Below, in pieces: positions 27,419 to 41,419 of a DNA stretch of 64,000 bases; the stretch's first letter is position 1; the number at the start of each line of letters is the position of its first letter. Source of the DNA: Amphiscolops sp. MND2022 (Eukaryota); contig OZ076409.1 of NCBI GenBank assembly GCA_964187785.1, positions 77,192,001 to 77,256,000 on the forward strand, read 5' to 3'. The notes beneath the pieces were generated by a model. That model did no database searches, was not told where the DNA came from, and saw only the letters and a program-made list of their open reading frames with translations. A program made the translations under genes and the position numbers.

Positions 27419-28783
27419 TGAAGTGTCCAAATTACTATATTAGTAAGAAATGGAGTAATACTAGTAATAAATCCAAATGCCTACTCAGTATTAATTTGGA
27501 GTAACAAATTACTACTCTAGTAGGAAGTAAGAAATGGAGTAATAAGGCGGAGATTTGGCAAAATTTGTTTAAAAAAACGCAACACAGATTATGATTTTCC
27601 TCCCCCATTATATGTGGGCGGAAAATACTAATGACGCATTATCATATACCTAAAAAACGTATATCGACGTCTACTTTCATCATAAAGTTGGCATTTTGAA
27701 ACAGAAGTCTTTCCAGGTCTTCTAGACGATACAAATTCAGTTCAAAGTAATTTTCACGTGAACGAATAGCAATTATCCCTATAACTTTTCATTTTGAATG
27801 ACCCTAGAAACCTAATTAGCCAAATAACTATGTGTCTTCAGCTTCTTTATGATAATGACTTAACAAATATGAAGTTACATGACTAGAACAAAAGTTTCAA
27901 AATAGTTTACAGTCTTTGTTGGCCATGTTTTTGGTGATCTTCTGGCAATCACGTTAGGCAGTTTCTAATTTTCGTCAGAAATGCCCATGGCACCAGCAGA
28001 ACAATGGGGTTGTTTCAAAGGCAATCAGTCACTTTTCACCCCCCCCCCCCCCGGATGCTACAAAAGTTACAGGACACACATTGGGTCAACGGTTTCAACC
28101 TGTATCCAGAACTACATAAGTGGAATTCTACTCAACATGTGCCCGTCCTGACCAAGGTGAATTACCCCACGATTGTCGATTCAATCTGATGGAGGCCAAT
28201 GGCACGACCCTGAAACCCGATGCAAACGAGTTCCTTTTGCAAACGAGCCTGAGAAAAAGTCCATTCGGTACTTCCATGATACAATCCAAAGCTAGCCGGT
28301 CACTAACGTCACTATAGTTATTAGAAGTACTAGCTGCGGATCTGTATAGGACTGCAGGAATCTCCTGGTGTTACTCTCGAAACTGATTTGTCTCAAGCTA
28401 TTGTGAAGGGAAGGAGAGACAGTAGATCTCTTACAAACAGACCCAAATCAACAGTCTAACTCTCCTGGAGATGATCTGCCATTGCAAAGAATTCAATCAG
28501 AGGAAGCTACGTCTGAATTTATGCCTCCGTTTCCTAACTGATTGACAATTATCTTGGTTGGTGCGGTTTCCATGTTGTTAAAACTTTTACAGACATCAGG
28601 TTGTGATCATTTAGCATTGTTTGGCACGTGTCGACCAGTTCGGTTTTCAATTCGGAAAGTTCGAATATTTTTTGTTGAGTTTTCGCTGTGAGTCATCTGA
28701 ATAGAAGAAGCCTTCGACCAGTTGTATTCGATATAAGATTCGACTTTTTCCAGTGCCAAAACTTAAGAAGCGCTTTTGAATTA

Positions 28784-29410
28784 CACTATCCGACCATAAA
28801 GTTTGACAGGACAGTACATTATCTTTTATTTCATTTTTGCATCAGATAAAGATAAAATTCAACAACTTGATATGATTGTAATACTTGATTGGCTCTCTTT
28901 TTTTCAATAAAATTATTATCACATCTCTTCTGAAAGCAGGAGAATAATTTTTCCACGTATTAATCCCGAATCGATCTCCCGGTATTTTCGACTATTTCTT
29001 CCAGGTTATCTTCTGTAATCTTCATTCCTGACATTCGTGGTTTCATGCCATACACTTTCAACCAAATTAATGTCCGGAGGGCTTAGCACAGAAATCCGAA
29101 TTGTTTGAACATGCTCTCCAAATTCCACTCGCAGTTGATTCAGCGATGCCACACTTTTCTGCAATTTGGCACCAGCTTTTGTGGTCTTTTCGTAAAATAA
29201 CAACTTGGTATTTCATTTCGAAAGAATGCTTGCTTCTCAGTGTGGCAACTGACTTCTGGCGTGTGAACAAATTTCAGAACGTTTTTGTAGTAAACAAAGA
29301 ACCAGTTTTTTAAAACATTTGAAGATTGATGTGTTTTTTATATTTCAGTATGTGTTTTTTGTCTTTTGCATAAATTTGGCGGCCCTGTCAAACTTTATGG
29401 TCGGATAGTG
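28784..29410 (-). mobile_element. Internally deleted Tc1/mariner element
   Basis: Perfect ~28-bp TIRs CACTATCCGACCATAAAGTTTGACAGG with TA TSD. Remnant HTH (SWCQIAEKCGIAESTASGIW) and SPPDINLVESVW (canonical SPDLNPIENLW). Confidence 0.92.
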
Positions 29411-30349
29411 TAATATTTGTTTCCGAAGTTGAAATGAGACCTTCATACTTTTTTGTACTATTTAGTATGAGCTTTTAGAGACCTAAAATGAGATTTAATG
29501 TTGCTTTCCGCCAAAATATTTTCACTCCACACGGAGAGATTATCAACAGTGGTCTTCCAAACGTTTTACTAGAATTGGAAGTTTTTTGATGTTTTACAAA
29601 CCAGGGTGCCTTGTGGTTATAATAATTCCGTGCTGTTTCTAAACGAATGGCTTCGAGTTCGATCCTGGGTACAGATCATTTTTTTGCCAATTTTTGAAAC
29701 AATTTTAGATTTCAATTTTTGAAATAAGGAACATTTTTCAAAACGAAAACGAATAATTGTTTTCACTTTTACAACCGTACCGCGTAGGTACTTTGACCCC
29801 TTTTCAATATACTTGACCCTTGAGTGGGTCGTTTCCAGCTCGTTTGGTTTAGCTACTTCTCCAGTGAAGCGCTTTCACCAATCTAGTCCTTTTATTTGGA
29901 TACTTCGCTGTTAGCATACTTTTCAACTGCTTTAGTCTAATAAGGCTTCAACATGTCAAAGAGGTTTCAGATTTTTTTAGTGCTTTTGACGTATTCACCT
30001 AAAAGGCTGAAAAAATAAGTTCAAAGGTTTGAAAATGAGTGTTTGTGAAGGAAATGTAAATTGATACGTAAACATTTTCTTGTTTGCTAAAAAGGCGTGT
30101 TACTTTTTTGTAGATCAGAAAGCGTGTGGACTTGAGGTTCCGAGTGGTTGATGATATTTTGACCCCATGTTTTCAAATAAGAAACAAAGTTTTTGAAAAT
30201 TTTTCAGCAACTATAAAACTATGACCTTCGTACTGTTGGGAAATTCGAACCGAAAACATTAAGTTTTCAGAATTACATTGATCAAATAGTTTTCACTTTA
30301 TGCAGAGGAGAGATAATTCTAGTTCAATTTTCCTGATCTATCTCCTTCG

Positions 30350-31010
30350 TGTAATAATTGATGTGCTTTTATCCAATGAGGTTTCTGGTGTATTCCAAAA
30401 CAATTTTGCCCCTGGAAATGAAAAATTTGATACACTAAATGCTTTCGAACATTAGATAGGGCTTAAACTCGAGTCATCCATGATCCCAGCCTGAAACATT
30501 GTCCTCATTAGCTCTTGTAAACTCTCCATCAAAAAGTGTTCGATGAAAATATTCGAACAATAGTTTCAGACTTTCCTGGTCTTTGAAGCTACTTAAATTT
30601 CAAAATCAAAAGAGCTACAGCTGTACACTATGAGCAGTGTAAAGCTGCAAAAAATGACGCTGGAAAAACTTGAAATGTCCAGAAACGCTCTGTCTCCGAT
30701 AACCTGTCGCCTGCAAACAAAAACCGCTTCCTGAAATCTTTCCATGATGCAAGATTCAGATTCAACTGGACAATAGAAATGCATAATAGAACTGCCAGAC
30801 AGAAAATGTTTTGTATTCCTGGAGCCACTACTAGATTTTTTGTCATGATTAAAACATGACTTTATTGCATTCAAAATCACAGCGAGAGTCACATTCCGTT
30901 TTTTTTCATGAGCCCGTGATTTCATCTACGGAATACTGTATCCCCATAACTCCAGAAAACACATGTAGTGTGCAAAGCTGGTAGAAAATTATATTGTCAT
31001 TTCAAAATGG
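30350..31010 (-). pseudogene. Possible decayed MULE (Mutator-like) transposase, next to the LTR insertion
   Basis: Ordered degenerate motifs FYQLCTLH (cf. FYQLYTIH), LFEYFHRT and RANEDNVSGWDH (cf. RTNNxxEGWH); many stops and frameshifts. Confidence 0.4.
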
Positions 31011-31153
31011 TAAACATGACTATATTTTGTAGATATCATTGATGAATTTTGGATTCTTGAAACGAAAATTTGAAAAAACTTGTCATTTTCATGAAGGAGC
31101 ATGACTGACAGTGATAAAATACAGGAAAGTATAAGCAAGATTTTCCCCCTCAA

Positions 31154-33164
31154 TGTAAGAAAATCCAATTCGGGGCTTGAGAGAGTTTTACCTTCAATTG
31201 GAAGCTTAACAGACAAAAAAGTTGTTTTAGTGAGTTAGCCAATTCTCATGAAGTTACAGTCAATTTCTTTCTCCAGTTGTTGCTCTATCGGCTCGCGTCT
31301 TCCAAAAACTTCGAGTAAAGAAAATTACTTCTTTATCGCGAAAATACCACTGGATAACTCAAAGCAGTCAAACTAACTAATATTCATCAAGTACTATCTA
31401 CAATTCTCAATAAAAGGGTACGACAACAATCGAAACAACGATTCAGCCAGGTACGTTAGGCGCAATTCAATCTTGTTGAAGCTCCAACCAAATCATAAGT
31501 CCCGGACTTGTCCGTAAATCTGTTTCACTAGCGACAACGTAATCGTCTAGAAGTTTCTCTTGTCTCTGCGAGACTCAACCTTCTTCTAGTTCTCTTACTC
31601 GCTTGTCGAGAAGCGCGAGTGTTAATCTGAACAAGTATCTTGTCTTCGCAAGCCTCAACTTGAACCCAGCTTTCTTACTTGGTTCAATCTTTTCAAATAT
31701 CATCTAATTGCGCCTCAATGTAGTTTATTCATCGCGCGTGTTTCCGGTGGTCACATTTTCACATAGTGTCGTATCTGACATTTTCATTAATGGGCGTCGG
31801 CACCTGAAGTTTGCTTGCATGCTTTACCTTCATGCTTACTTCTTCCTTATATGGCATAGCGACGTCACTGGTCAAAATTCGACGACAAATAATTCAACTA
31901 TATTTGTACAAAGTTCACATTTCAATGACAATTCAAGTCACCCAAGATATTACTAATATCGAGACAATTATCCAATGACCTTCAATTACTTGGCTTACAT
32001 GTTCTCTACGTGTAAGGGGAACTTTTCTCTTAATCTGAGCACGGCGCATTGCGAATCTCCTCAGCTGTCTGAACTGCATAAATTATCGCGCATCGACACT
32101 TATTTACATGTTCTATCATAAATTCTTCCAAACGTTCCGGGGTGGCATCTAAAATGACCTTGAGGTCCTTCCGTGACCTTGAAGTTATTTGTCTTCATCC
32201 AGAGTTGCCACATGCCAAGGTATAGTGTCCTAGGGTCAATGGTCATAGAGTTACATGATATGCGTATCTTTTGTTGACTTAAGGTGGTCACACCTGGTTA
32301 CCAATACGGCTTCATTCACGTTACTAATCGGCTACATTCATCATTCCCCTTCGTTTGATAAATTACAAGCCAAGGTCAAATGTCATTTATCAATCGGGCT
32401 CGCGCGTCCGGTCCCGCGTGCCCTAAACAAACATTACTCCGCGCGTGGTGGACCGAAAAATGTATCTTTCATCGATATGGCTTAGGGTTGCTAGGTGAAC
32501 ATCTTAGGCAAGTTTCATAATCCTCGGGCCAACTGGTGGCTATTTACATACGTACGGTGTTTATTCACATAGAGTCCGTGCTTCTCCTAGGCGCATCGTA
32601 GTCCTCCGAGAATATGCGCAAACGGCCCAATATCCTGTGGGTTATCAATTCCATACATTATCTGACTTCTCCTGTAATTGGCCGACGAGGTCATAGTGGT
32701 CGATCTAGGTCACTTCCGGTGCTAGTAACCCAGGACTGGGGGGAGGTACGAGGTTGGGTACACCGAGTCGAAATTTGAGTTAACACCTCTAGTTTCTGCA
32801 TGCCAACTTTCAGCTCGGTCGAATTAGTCCTTCCCAAAAAGGGTGGGGTGGTGCATTTTCCCTCAGATCTCTTTTCCGCGTAGAACCAAAACTTAGTAAA
32901 ATTCGCTATAAGCAGTCGATTGTAACTTAGCTAATTCAAACAATTTCGTTGTTGACGTCAATTTCTACTTCGCTCAAACAACCAAGTTTGCTCTGTCAAT
33001 ATTCGTATGTCAAAATCATTAACGAAATACGCTGAATTCGCCTTTTCTGCTGTATTTACTGACTTGCGCATTTTGGAATGACTGAAACTTAGGTCGATTT
33101 ATAATCTGTGCTTCGCGCAAAAATATAGGGATCTTTCTGTAATTGCCAAATTAAAAAATCCACA
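31154..33164 (-). repeat. 3' LTR (~2.0 kb)
   Basis: TG...CA termini; colinear with 36984-39040; abuts the PPT. Confidence 0.92.
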
Positions 33165-34865
33165 CTCTTTCCTTCTGGACTTTTATTCCCCCGAAGAAAC
33201 CTAACGTCGATATCGCTGGCCGAAGCGTGTGATGTTGTTTAAACATAAACAATACAGTATCGATGGAGGGCGAGGATTAGGTAGTCAAACAATCAATAGC
33301 TCCGATGGTTCAAACTATCTGCAATAACCATTAACTAGTATAACATTGAATTCAACGAAAACAATGGAACAAGCAATTCATACAACAATTCATTAGCGAC
33401 AATAACTATTGAGAATTTAGAAAAATTGTCTTTGAGACAAAACGGTGGGAAAGGGTCGAGTGGCAGATCTATACTGGATACGGCTGGCCCGACGCGAGCT
33501 ACACAGGGTATTCATGAGGGCGCCGCAATAACGAATGCAATAACGAACATTATCACTTTCATCTCAGTTTTATCATTGATCGCTTCATTCCTAATTCATT
33601 CTCACTATAACTTGGTGAATAAAATTATTGCAACTTTTTTTGACAATGCGCAATGGGATAGTTCTACTTGATCCTATTTCAAAAAATCGAGAATAAATTT
33701 AGATTGTTTAGGGCGGTCTATCCGTTGTCTGATAAACAACAAAGAGAGTAGCACTAGAGTGGGAGTTGACAGAAGGGGTATGGGTATGTTCATGGGAATC
33801 TTATTATGTGAAATCAGTTAGGGTTGGAGTTGGGTTTTAATGAAATTTCAAAGCACAATTTCCATATGTATGAAACAAAAAGGATATGTGGGGCTGGGTC
33901 CTCGATAAGAATAAACAAAGACCGTACCCGAACTTCTGCTTCTGTTTGCTATATATTTTTGGGCTGCGAACAGAAAAACTATCTATCTTCAATACTGTAA
34001 CATCGTTTCTCCAAAACAACAAAATGCTATGCCATGCAGAAATTCAGCTAGCTTAGTCACATTGATTCAAGAAAAAAACTACTTCCGGCAAAAAGAATGA
34101 AGTTGAGGATTGTAATTGATAATTAATTTTTTTGTCACTAGTTCTCGTTTGACATCTTCGCAGTCTTTTGAGAGACACCTTGTGGACACCGATAGGTCAT
34201 CTTTTCATGAAGTCTTGCGCTGCATGTTCCTTCGCGTTCCCCCTTCTGTGTTTGCTGTGAGTGATCCAGCTGCACGAATCGCTTGAGACAGTCAGATTTC
34301 GTTTTTGTTTCGCATCACCATCGCGATGTCCGCTGTCACAGACACGTCTTAAAACAGGCCTCTTCTGGGGATCGCACGCGGCTCGCGGGTGGCAGAACAC
34401 TTCCCTTCTGGAGTTGACATCACCAACGCCAGTCGCTCGTGCATTCCACCACCACTGTCCCATATCGAATTCTGTACGTCAACGTTTTTCACTGACTTCG
34501 GACTATCCTTGTTGGTTTATTTTTTCACCTTGCTCCGCACCGGTTTCCAGCAAACTAGGGGAAGTCTTCCGGGTATGTGATCCACTAATTCAGATCCCGA
34601 TCGCAACATCCTCAGTTCATTATGAAACTAGTTGACAGCAAGTGCATCTGACTATCAGAAATTTTTCGCCATTTTGGCGCTGCTCTTCGAGGTAACATTG
34701 TGCTTTTTCGAGGCATTTTGATAGTCGCTTCCAGCCTCGGGGATAACTCTCCAACGGATCCAACTACGATCGCTAAACTCAAAGAACGTGAGTGCATTGT
34801 CGGCAAGGTGAAGGTCTCCAGTAGTCTTGATTCAAAAATTCGTCATTTCTCAGCGCCCAGCTTTC

Positions 34866-36872
34866 TCATCGCCGCCGTAGCTCACCTAGGCTCCATCTTC
34901 CGGACGGCGGGAAAAACTGTAGGCAAAAACCTCCGAAGGAATTCGAATCGCTGTTCGAAAGAGGGTTGCCTTTGAAATTCAGCAGACGTGCTACCAACAA
35001 CCTGCACACAGTCCACAACCCAATGGAAACTGTCAGCCACTGTCTCCTTTCGAAATCCTCATTACTTCCCATTGATGTTTCGGCACTTGTTGGCTCGTCT
35101 TGTCCATTCGTATCTAAGCCTTCTGGCTCTGGCAAAGACAGCGCGTGCTTCACATCTCCTGAAACCCAAAGTTCTTGCATCTTCCGTTTCTTTCTTCATA
35201 AGGAGCGTTAGCGTTTCCTTCGTGGGCTTTTTATCATCAACTCGCTTCGACCACTCTTAATATTGGGTGTATGCTCCACTGCACTCCGGTCACCTTCAGA
35301 GGAGAGAGTTCCAGTTCAGGATTCCAAACGCACAAAGCACGTCGCCTGGAAGTCCGTCTCATTCCGTTCTCGACCACACTTGGCCGGAGCATTATAGAAG
35401 AGCACCGTTCCAGTGTTCGCTTCCACTCTGGCAACCTGCACCACTTTTGTTTCCGTAGAAACAGCTTCCGCTTTCAAATGGACTGCATCAACTTCAGCCA
35501 TGATGTCTCTCGATTCGTAAAGGGGAGACTTTTGGTCGCTCAGTTGGATTCGATACTCCACATACACAGATACGAACCTGAATTCTTCTGATTTTGCATG
35601 AAGGTCTGGCAAATACTCAGTGTCCCCATTGACCCACTTGGTAACTCCTGGGCTTGACATCACAATGCATCTTGTCTTTTGCAATCTAAGGTTCTTTCGC
35701 TTTCCAATAGCAAGTTGGGCTTTCTTTTCGTCTTCGATCTGTTTGAGGGCTTCTAGTGTTAGTGAGGGGTACAGACAATCTTTGTCATAGCCACATTCAG
35801 ATACCTCCCAGGACTCATCAGTTTCCTCGTCTGACCACTCTTCGTCACTGCATTCGCTCCACGGCCGGGCACCCAGGACATGCCTGAGAGCCATGCATTC
35901 TTCTATAGTTGAAGGTTTATCCCAGACGTTTTCAAAAATCTCGAGTCCACCATAGGTACTTTCCCATAATGCTTCTGGCAACGAGCAATTATGTCCTTGA
36001 CATTTGGTTTCGATTCCAACTGGCCTTTCCCCAACCTTGCATTGATTACTATTGGAGGGGCAGTTTCTTCGGCAAACTCCATAATCATCCGGTCGACACC
36101 TTCACTTTTGTTTGTCATAGAGGACCCTGAGCTATTCATCCAGAACATGTCATCCACTTCCTCGTCGCTATTCTCATTCTTCCTTGTCAAAATCTTAGGA
36201 AAGAGGAACCTTTCTTCAGTTCGGTCACTGATGATATCTTTTGGGTCGGTAGAGGTTTTCAGCTTTCTAGTTTCTTCGTCGTAATACCTTGCGGTATTAC
36301 CACAAAATCGAACTCGATGCAATTCACTGCACAACACATTCAGCTGACGTTCCAGATCATCTTGGCGTTCCAACTCTTGAACAACCAAGTTAATTTGCCC
36401 AGGAAACTTCACATGATCTCGAAGGCGTTCGTCTGTCAGCCCTGAGACGCAATTCGAGGCCCAATGCTCATAACTGATTTTTTTCAAAGCAAGCGTCTTG
36501 AATGAGCCCACCTTTCGTGCATACTCGGAGATACTCTCTTTCTTTCTCTGCCGAAGCTCAAGAAGGAAACGTTTTCTCAAGAAGTTCAATCTGAGAAAGT
36601 CCAATCACTTGCACGATTCGGCTCAGAACGTCCGAAACACAAAGTTCTTCCAATTCTACTTCGCCAGAGAACTTGGTTCCCAAAAACGCATTAAACGCAG
36701 TTCCCCTGAGTGATTTTGATGGTTTTGGGCAGCAAGAGTGGTAATCCCCTTTCATCTGATCGGCCGTGCACAAGTACTCCAGCATCCACAATCTCCAACA
36801 CGGCGCTTTGCTGCTTGGGAACGCTTCCACATCCACATGGTCACTCCATGGATCTCTTTCGTCGATATGCAT
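34866..36872 (-). pseudogene. Frameshifted gag-like ORF of the LTR element
   Basis: LELRQRKKESISEYARKV...CVSGLTDERLRDHV resembles the retrotransposon gag LxQxxxESIxEY...GL motif. Split over ORFs 36872-36558, 36604-35903, 35981-35316 and 35180-34866. Confidence 0.7.
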
Positions 36873-36983
36873 GTCAGATCATTATTGTTGATAACGCTCT
36901 AAACCCCACTGTTCACTCTAGAAGTGTCCACGAACGTTCACAGTAACATCAAAAAGAACGGGATGCCCACCCAGGAGCGCCAC

Positions 36984-39040
36984 TGTAAGAAAATCTATAT
37001 CGGGGCTTGAGAGAGTTTTACCTCCAATTGGAAGCTTAACAGACAAAAAGGTTGTTTTAGTGAGTTAGCCAATTCTCATGAAGATACTGTCAATTTCTCT
37101 CTCCAGTTCTTGCTCTATCGGCTCGCGTCTTCCAAAAGCTTCGAGTAAAGAAAACAATAAAATACCTTCTTTATCGCGAAAATAACACTTGGTAACTCAA
37201 AGCAGTCAAACTAACTAAATTCATCAAGTACTATCTACAATTCTCAATAAAAGGTTACGACAACAATCGAAACCACGATTCAGTCAGGTACGTTAGGCGC
37301 AATTCAGTCTTGTTGAAGCTCCAACCAAATCATAAGTCGCGGACTTGTCCGTAAATCTACTTTGCTAGCGACAACGTAATCGTCTAGAAGTTTCTCTTGT
37401 CTCTGCGAGACTCAACCTTCTTCTAGTTCTCTTACTCGCTTGTCGAGAAGAGCGAGTGTTAAAATGAACAAGTATCTTGTCTCCACTAGACTCAACTTGA
37501 ACCCAGCTTTCTTACTCGGTTCTATCTTTTCAAGTATCATCTAATTCCGCCTCAGTTTTGTTTATTCATCGCGCGTGTTTCTGGTGGTCACATTTTCACA
37601 TAGTGTTGTGAAATTAATGACATTTTCATTAATGGGTGTCGGCACCTGAAGTTTGCTTGCATGCTTTTACCTTCATGGTTACTTCTTCCTTATATGGTAT
37701 AGCGACGTCACTGTCATAACTCTACTAGACATTCTTTGCCGTCAACGACAAATAATTCAACAATAGTTGTACAAAGTTCACATTTCAATAATAAATCAAG
37801 TCACCCAAGATATTTCCAATCTCGAGACAATTCTTCAAGGACCTTCAATTACATGGCCTACATGCTCACGACGTGTAAGGGGTACTTTTCACTTCTTTTT
37901 AGTGCGGTGCATCGCGCATTTTCTCGCTTGACTGAAATGCAAAAATTATCACGCAAACAGCGCTGATTTACATGTTTCATCGTAGGTTCTTCCATATGTT
38001 CAGGGGTGGCATCTAAAATGACCTTGAGGTCCTTCCGTGACCTTGAAGTTATTTGTTCTCATCCAGAGTTGCCACATGCCAAGATATATTGTCTTAGGGT
38101 CACTGGTCTGTTACATGATATGCGTATCTTTTGTTTTTGTTTACTTAAGGTGGTAACCCCCGCATTGGTTACCAATACGGCTTCATTCACGTTACTAATC
38201 GGTTACATTCATCATTCCCGTTCGTTTGAGATATTACAAGCCAAGGTCAAATGTCATTTATCAATCGGGCTCCCGTGTCCGGTCCCGCGTGCCTTAAACA
38301 AACATTACTTCGCGCGTGGTGGACCGAATAATGTGTCTTTCATGTATATTACATAGGGTTGCTAGGTGAACATGTTAGGCAAGTTTCATAATCCTCGGGT
38401 CATTTGGTGGCTATTTACATAGCATACGGTGTTTATTTACATAGGGTCCGTGCTTCTCCTACGCGCATCGTAATGTTCCGAGAATATGCGCAAACGGCCC
38501 AGTATCCTATGGGTTATCAATTCCATACCTTATCTGACTTCTCCTGTAATTGGCCGACGAGTTCATAGGGGGGTCGATCTAGGTCACTTCCGGTGCTAGT
38601 AACTCAGGACTGGGGGGAGGTACGAGGTTGGGTACACTGAATCGAATTTTGAGTTAACACCTCTAGTTTATGCATGCCAACTTTCAGCTCGATCGAATTA
38701 GTCCTTCCCAAAAAGGGTGGGAGTGGTGCTTTTTCCCTCAGATCTCTTTTCCGAGTAGAACAAAAACTTAGTAAAATTCGCTATAAGCAATCGATTGTAA
38801 CTTAGCTAATTCGAACAATTTCGTTGTTGACGTCAATTTTTACTTCGCTCAAACAACCAAGTTTGCTCTGTCATTATTCGTATGCCAAAATCAATAACGA
38901 AATACGCTAAATTCGCCTTTTCAGCTGTTTTTACTGACTCACGCATTTTGGAATGTCTGAAACCTAGTTCGATCTATAATCTGTGCTTCGCGCAAAAATA
39001 TAAGGATCTTTCTGTAATTGCCAAACTAAAAAATTCCACA
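36984..39040 (-). repeat. 5' LTR (~2.06 kb)
   Basis: TG...CA termini; followed on - by the PBS. Confidence 0.92.
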
Positions 39041-41352
39041 CTCAACAAAGATGTTGGAATGAAAAAATGAAGTACATGTCTTTGTTAGAATATTCAATCA
39101 TAGCAATTTTCAATTTCAGAGTACCTTAAGCAATAAACCTCCATTATATCAAGTGGAACATCTTTCAAATGTAATTTAGATGCGATAAAAGAGCGAATGA
39201 CAACTAAGTCGACAAAGATTTTGAGTACGATCAATCACTCTGAATGTACTTCCAAAAAGGTTTATTTTTAGCGACTTCAGGTTCAAAACTCATCGCTCTT
39301 TTTGGGGCAAGAAGGTCACTAGTCTCAATGACATCAATTGAGAGGTTTATTTGGGAACGGGACAAAACAGTCGATTGTTTTTTCTCACATCCAATGCACG
39401 CATTAGTCACAGATACTTAGCTCAAAGAGAATACGAATTTTGAAATTACAATAGAAATGAGCTGAAAAGGGTTATAGGGAATAACGCCCAATGGAAAAAC
39501 GCCCAAACGAAAAATGTCTCAGTGAAAAACGACCGTTATAGATATTGGTAGAAGAATTAAAGTGTTGTTCCTCTAGAAAAGTTTAGCTTTACAATGGGCG
39601 TTTGTAACATTTTTCGATCGTTTTTTTTTCTGCAGCCGTTCGAAGCTTTTTGAGGCACGAAATGCAATTTTTGTAAGAAATTTGTCAGATTTATGCATTT
39701 TTTGTAACATTCTGAGCAGAAAAATGCATTTCTTGCGAGATTTTTGCAAAAATTAGATCCTAAAAATGCATTTTCTTACAAGATCTTACAAGAATTCATG
39801 TAAGAATTTTGCAAGAGTTGAGGTTTTTGTAGCTTAGGGTTACTGTTCGTAACAGCCAGGTCGGCCTTCGTCAAACCCAACCTCTGGACTAGTAATCGCA
39901 CGCCGCACCGCTTCGCTTTGCTCCTGCATTTAGGGCAATAGAAGTGGTGTGTGAACATAGCTGACTACGATATTGTAATTTTTTTATTGACTTTATTACG
40001 CCTTTGGCGTGTTATCAATGGCCGTGTTTTACTAGAGCGTTGTTTTCGTGTTCGTGTTTTCCCGGACACCGTTGAAAGGAATTTTCACATTGACTATCTT
40101 TTGTCAGAACAGATAATTCAACACCGGATACTATGTCTTTGATTTTTAGTCGGCGCTTTAATAAAACAACGCGAGTATTCTAATGGCTTTTCGTCGTTTT
40201 TCTTTTATTTTTCAATCCGCAGGGGTTGGTCAAAATAGTCTTACAAACGTTCTACAAAAATTTAAAATCTTGAAAGGTACCATTTGGCCGAACGAACTGA
40301 ACTATATTAATAAATTTTTCTGATATGAACAAAATATTGCGCTATATCCGAATTTTTGACATTATATCCAAAGTATATTGCCTTTTACTTAAGAGGAGGC
40401 GGAGGCTCGAATTTTATGTTTCGTTTCCTTCCAAAACCAAAAAATAGCACTATATCTGAATTTTGGACGTTGTACCCGAGGAATTTGATGTTTTTGGTGG
40501 AAAAAAAAGCAGGAAAGCTTTATTTCGCAAATCTTTGTGTTGAGAATAAAAACAAGAACCTCTTTTAGGCCCAAAATGGTCCCCCTTTCTGGTGCTGTAA
40601 ACTGGAGTGTTTATTTAGAAGAGAGAATAACCTTGACGCTTCGAAGCACTTGTTTTTGGAGCCTCAAGCAGAGCGCCGATTTATGCGCTTCCCGGCCCGT
40701 TTCGTCTAAAGTGTAATTAGAAATCAGATATAATGTCTCGTTTTGAGAAATAAGTAAACAACTAAGTCATTTTATTTGGATGTAATTATCAGCTCAAAAG
40801 ATACAAAATAAAGATGTAAATAAGATGTATTACAAGTAAACAATCAAATTAACATCCAAAAAGGACAAGGAATGAGCATACATGCTCTTTGAGTCTTTGC
40901 CCCGAGAACCAATTGTGACGAATTGAATATTGTTTTTACTTTGCAAGCCTAAAAAACGGAGAAGAGGTGTTTGTTATCAACAATATATAAATCAGTGAGA
41001 TTTTTTGTATTTTTGCGCAATTGAATCTTACTGAATGACGCAATGTTTTCCGGCAGTATTGCCATCCACTTCAGCCAATTGAATGCTTTTCGCATTTTTG
41101 TCCCGCATCCGGTTTTCCATTTCCACCAAAGTTGTCAAAATATAACGCTTTGTTTGTGCATCCGTTGCATTGCTTAGTATATTCTCACAATCAGTTTAAT
41201 TTTTAAACCCAAGCATATAAGTATTTAAATTCTATGAGCAGCTAGGTTGAACTTTACAGGGCTGCCTAAAAGTTAGAAAATGTTTTAAAAAATTAAAGTT
41301 GTTTTTTTCTGTACGTGTTTCGATTAGAACTTCACTGCGAAATGCGGTGGCT

Positions 41353-41419
41353 TCAGATGTTGAGTGAGGTATTGGAATGCTGTGTTGACTCCTGGCCGAC
41401 GTAATCATCAAAGTAATCC
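41353..41419 (-). CDS. Putative terminal exon of the sim-like gene
   Basis: TGTTTCAG| acceptor in the correct phase 2; DYFDDYVGQESTQHSNTSLNI*. No homology support. Confidence 0.5.

Larger units (their letters stand above)
31154..39040 (-). mobile_element. LTR retrotransposon with ~2-kb LTRs, gag-like ORF only (non-autonomous, LARD/TR-GAG-like)
   Basis: Direct repeats at 31154-33164 and 36984-39040, both TGTAAG...TCCACA. 5-bp TSD CTCAA at 31149-31153 and 39041-39045. PBS TGGCGCTCCTGGGTGGG on - at 36982-36966. PPT AGAAGGAAAGAG on - at 33176-33165. Confidence 0.93.
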
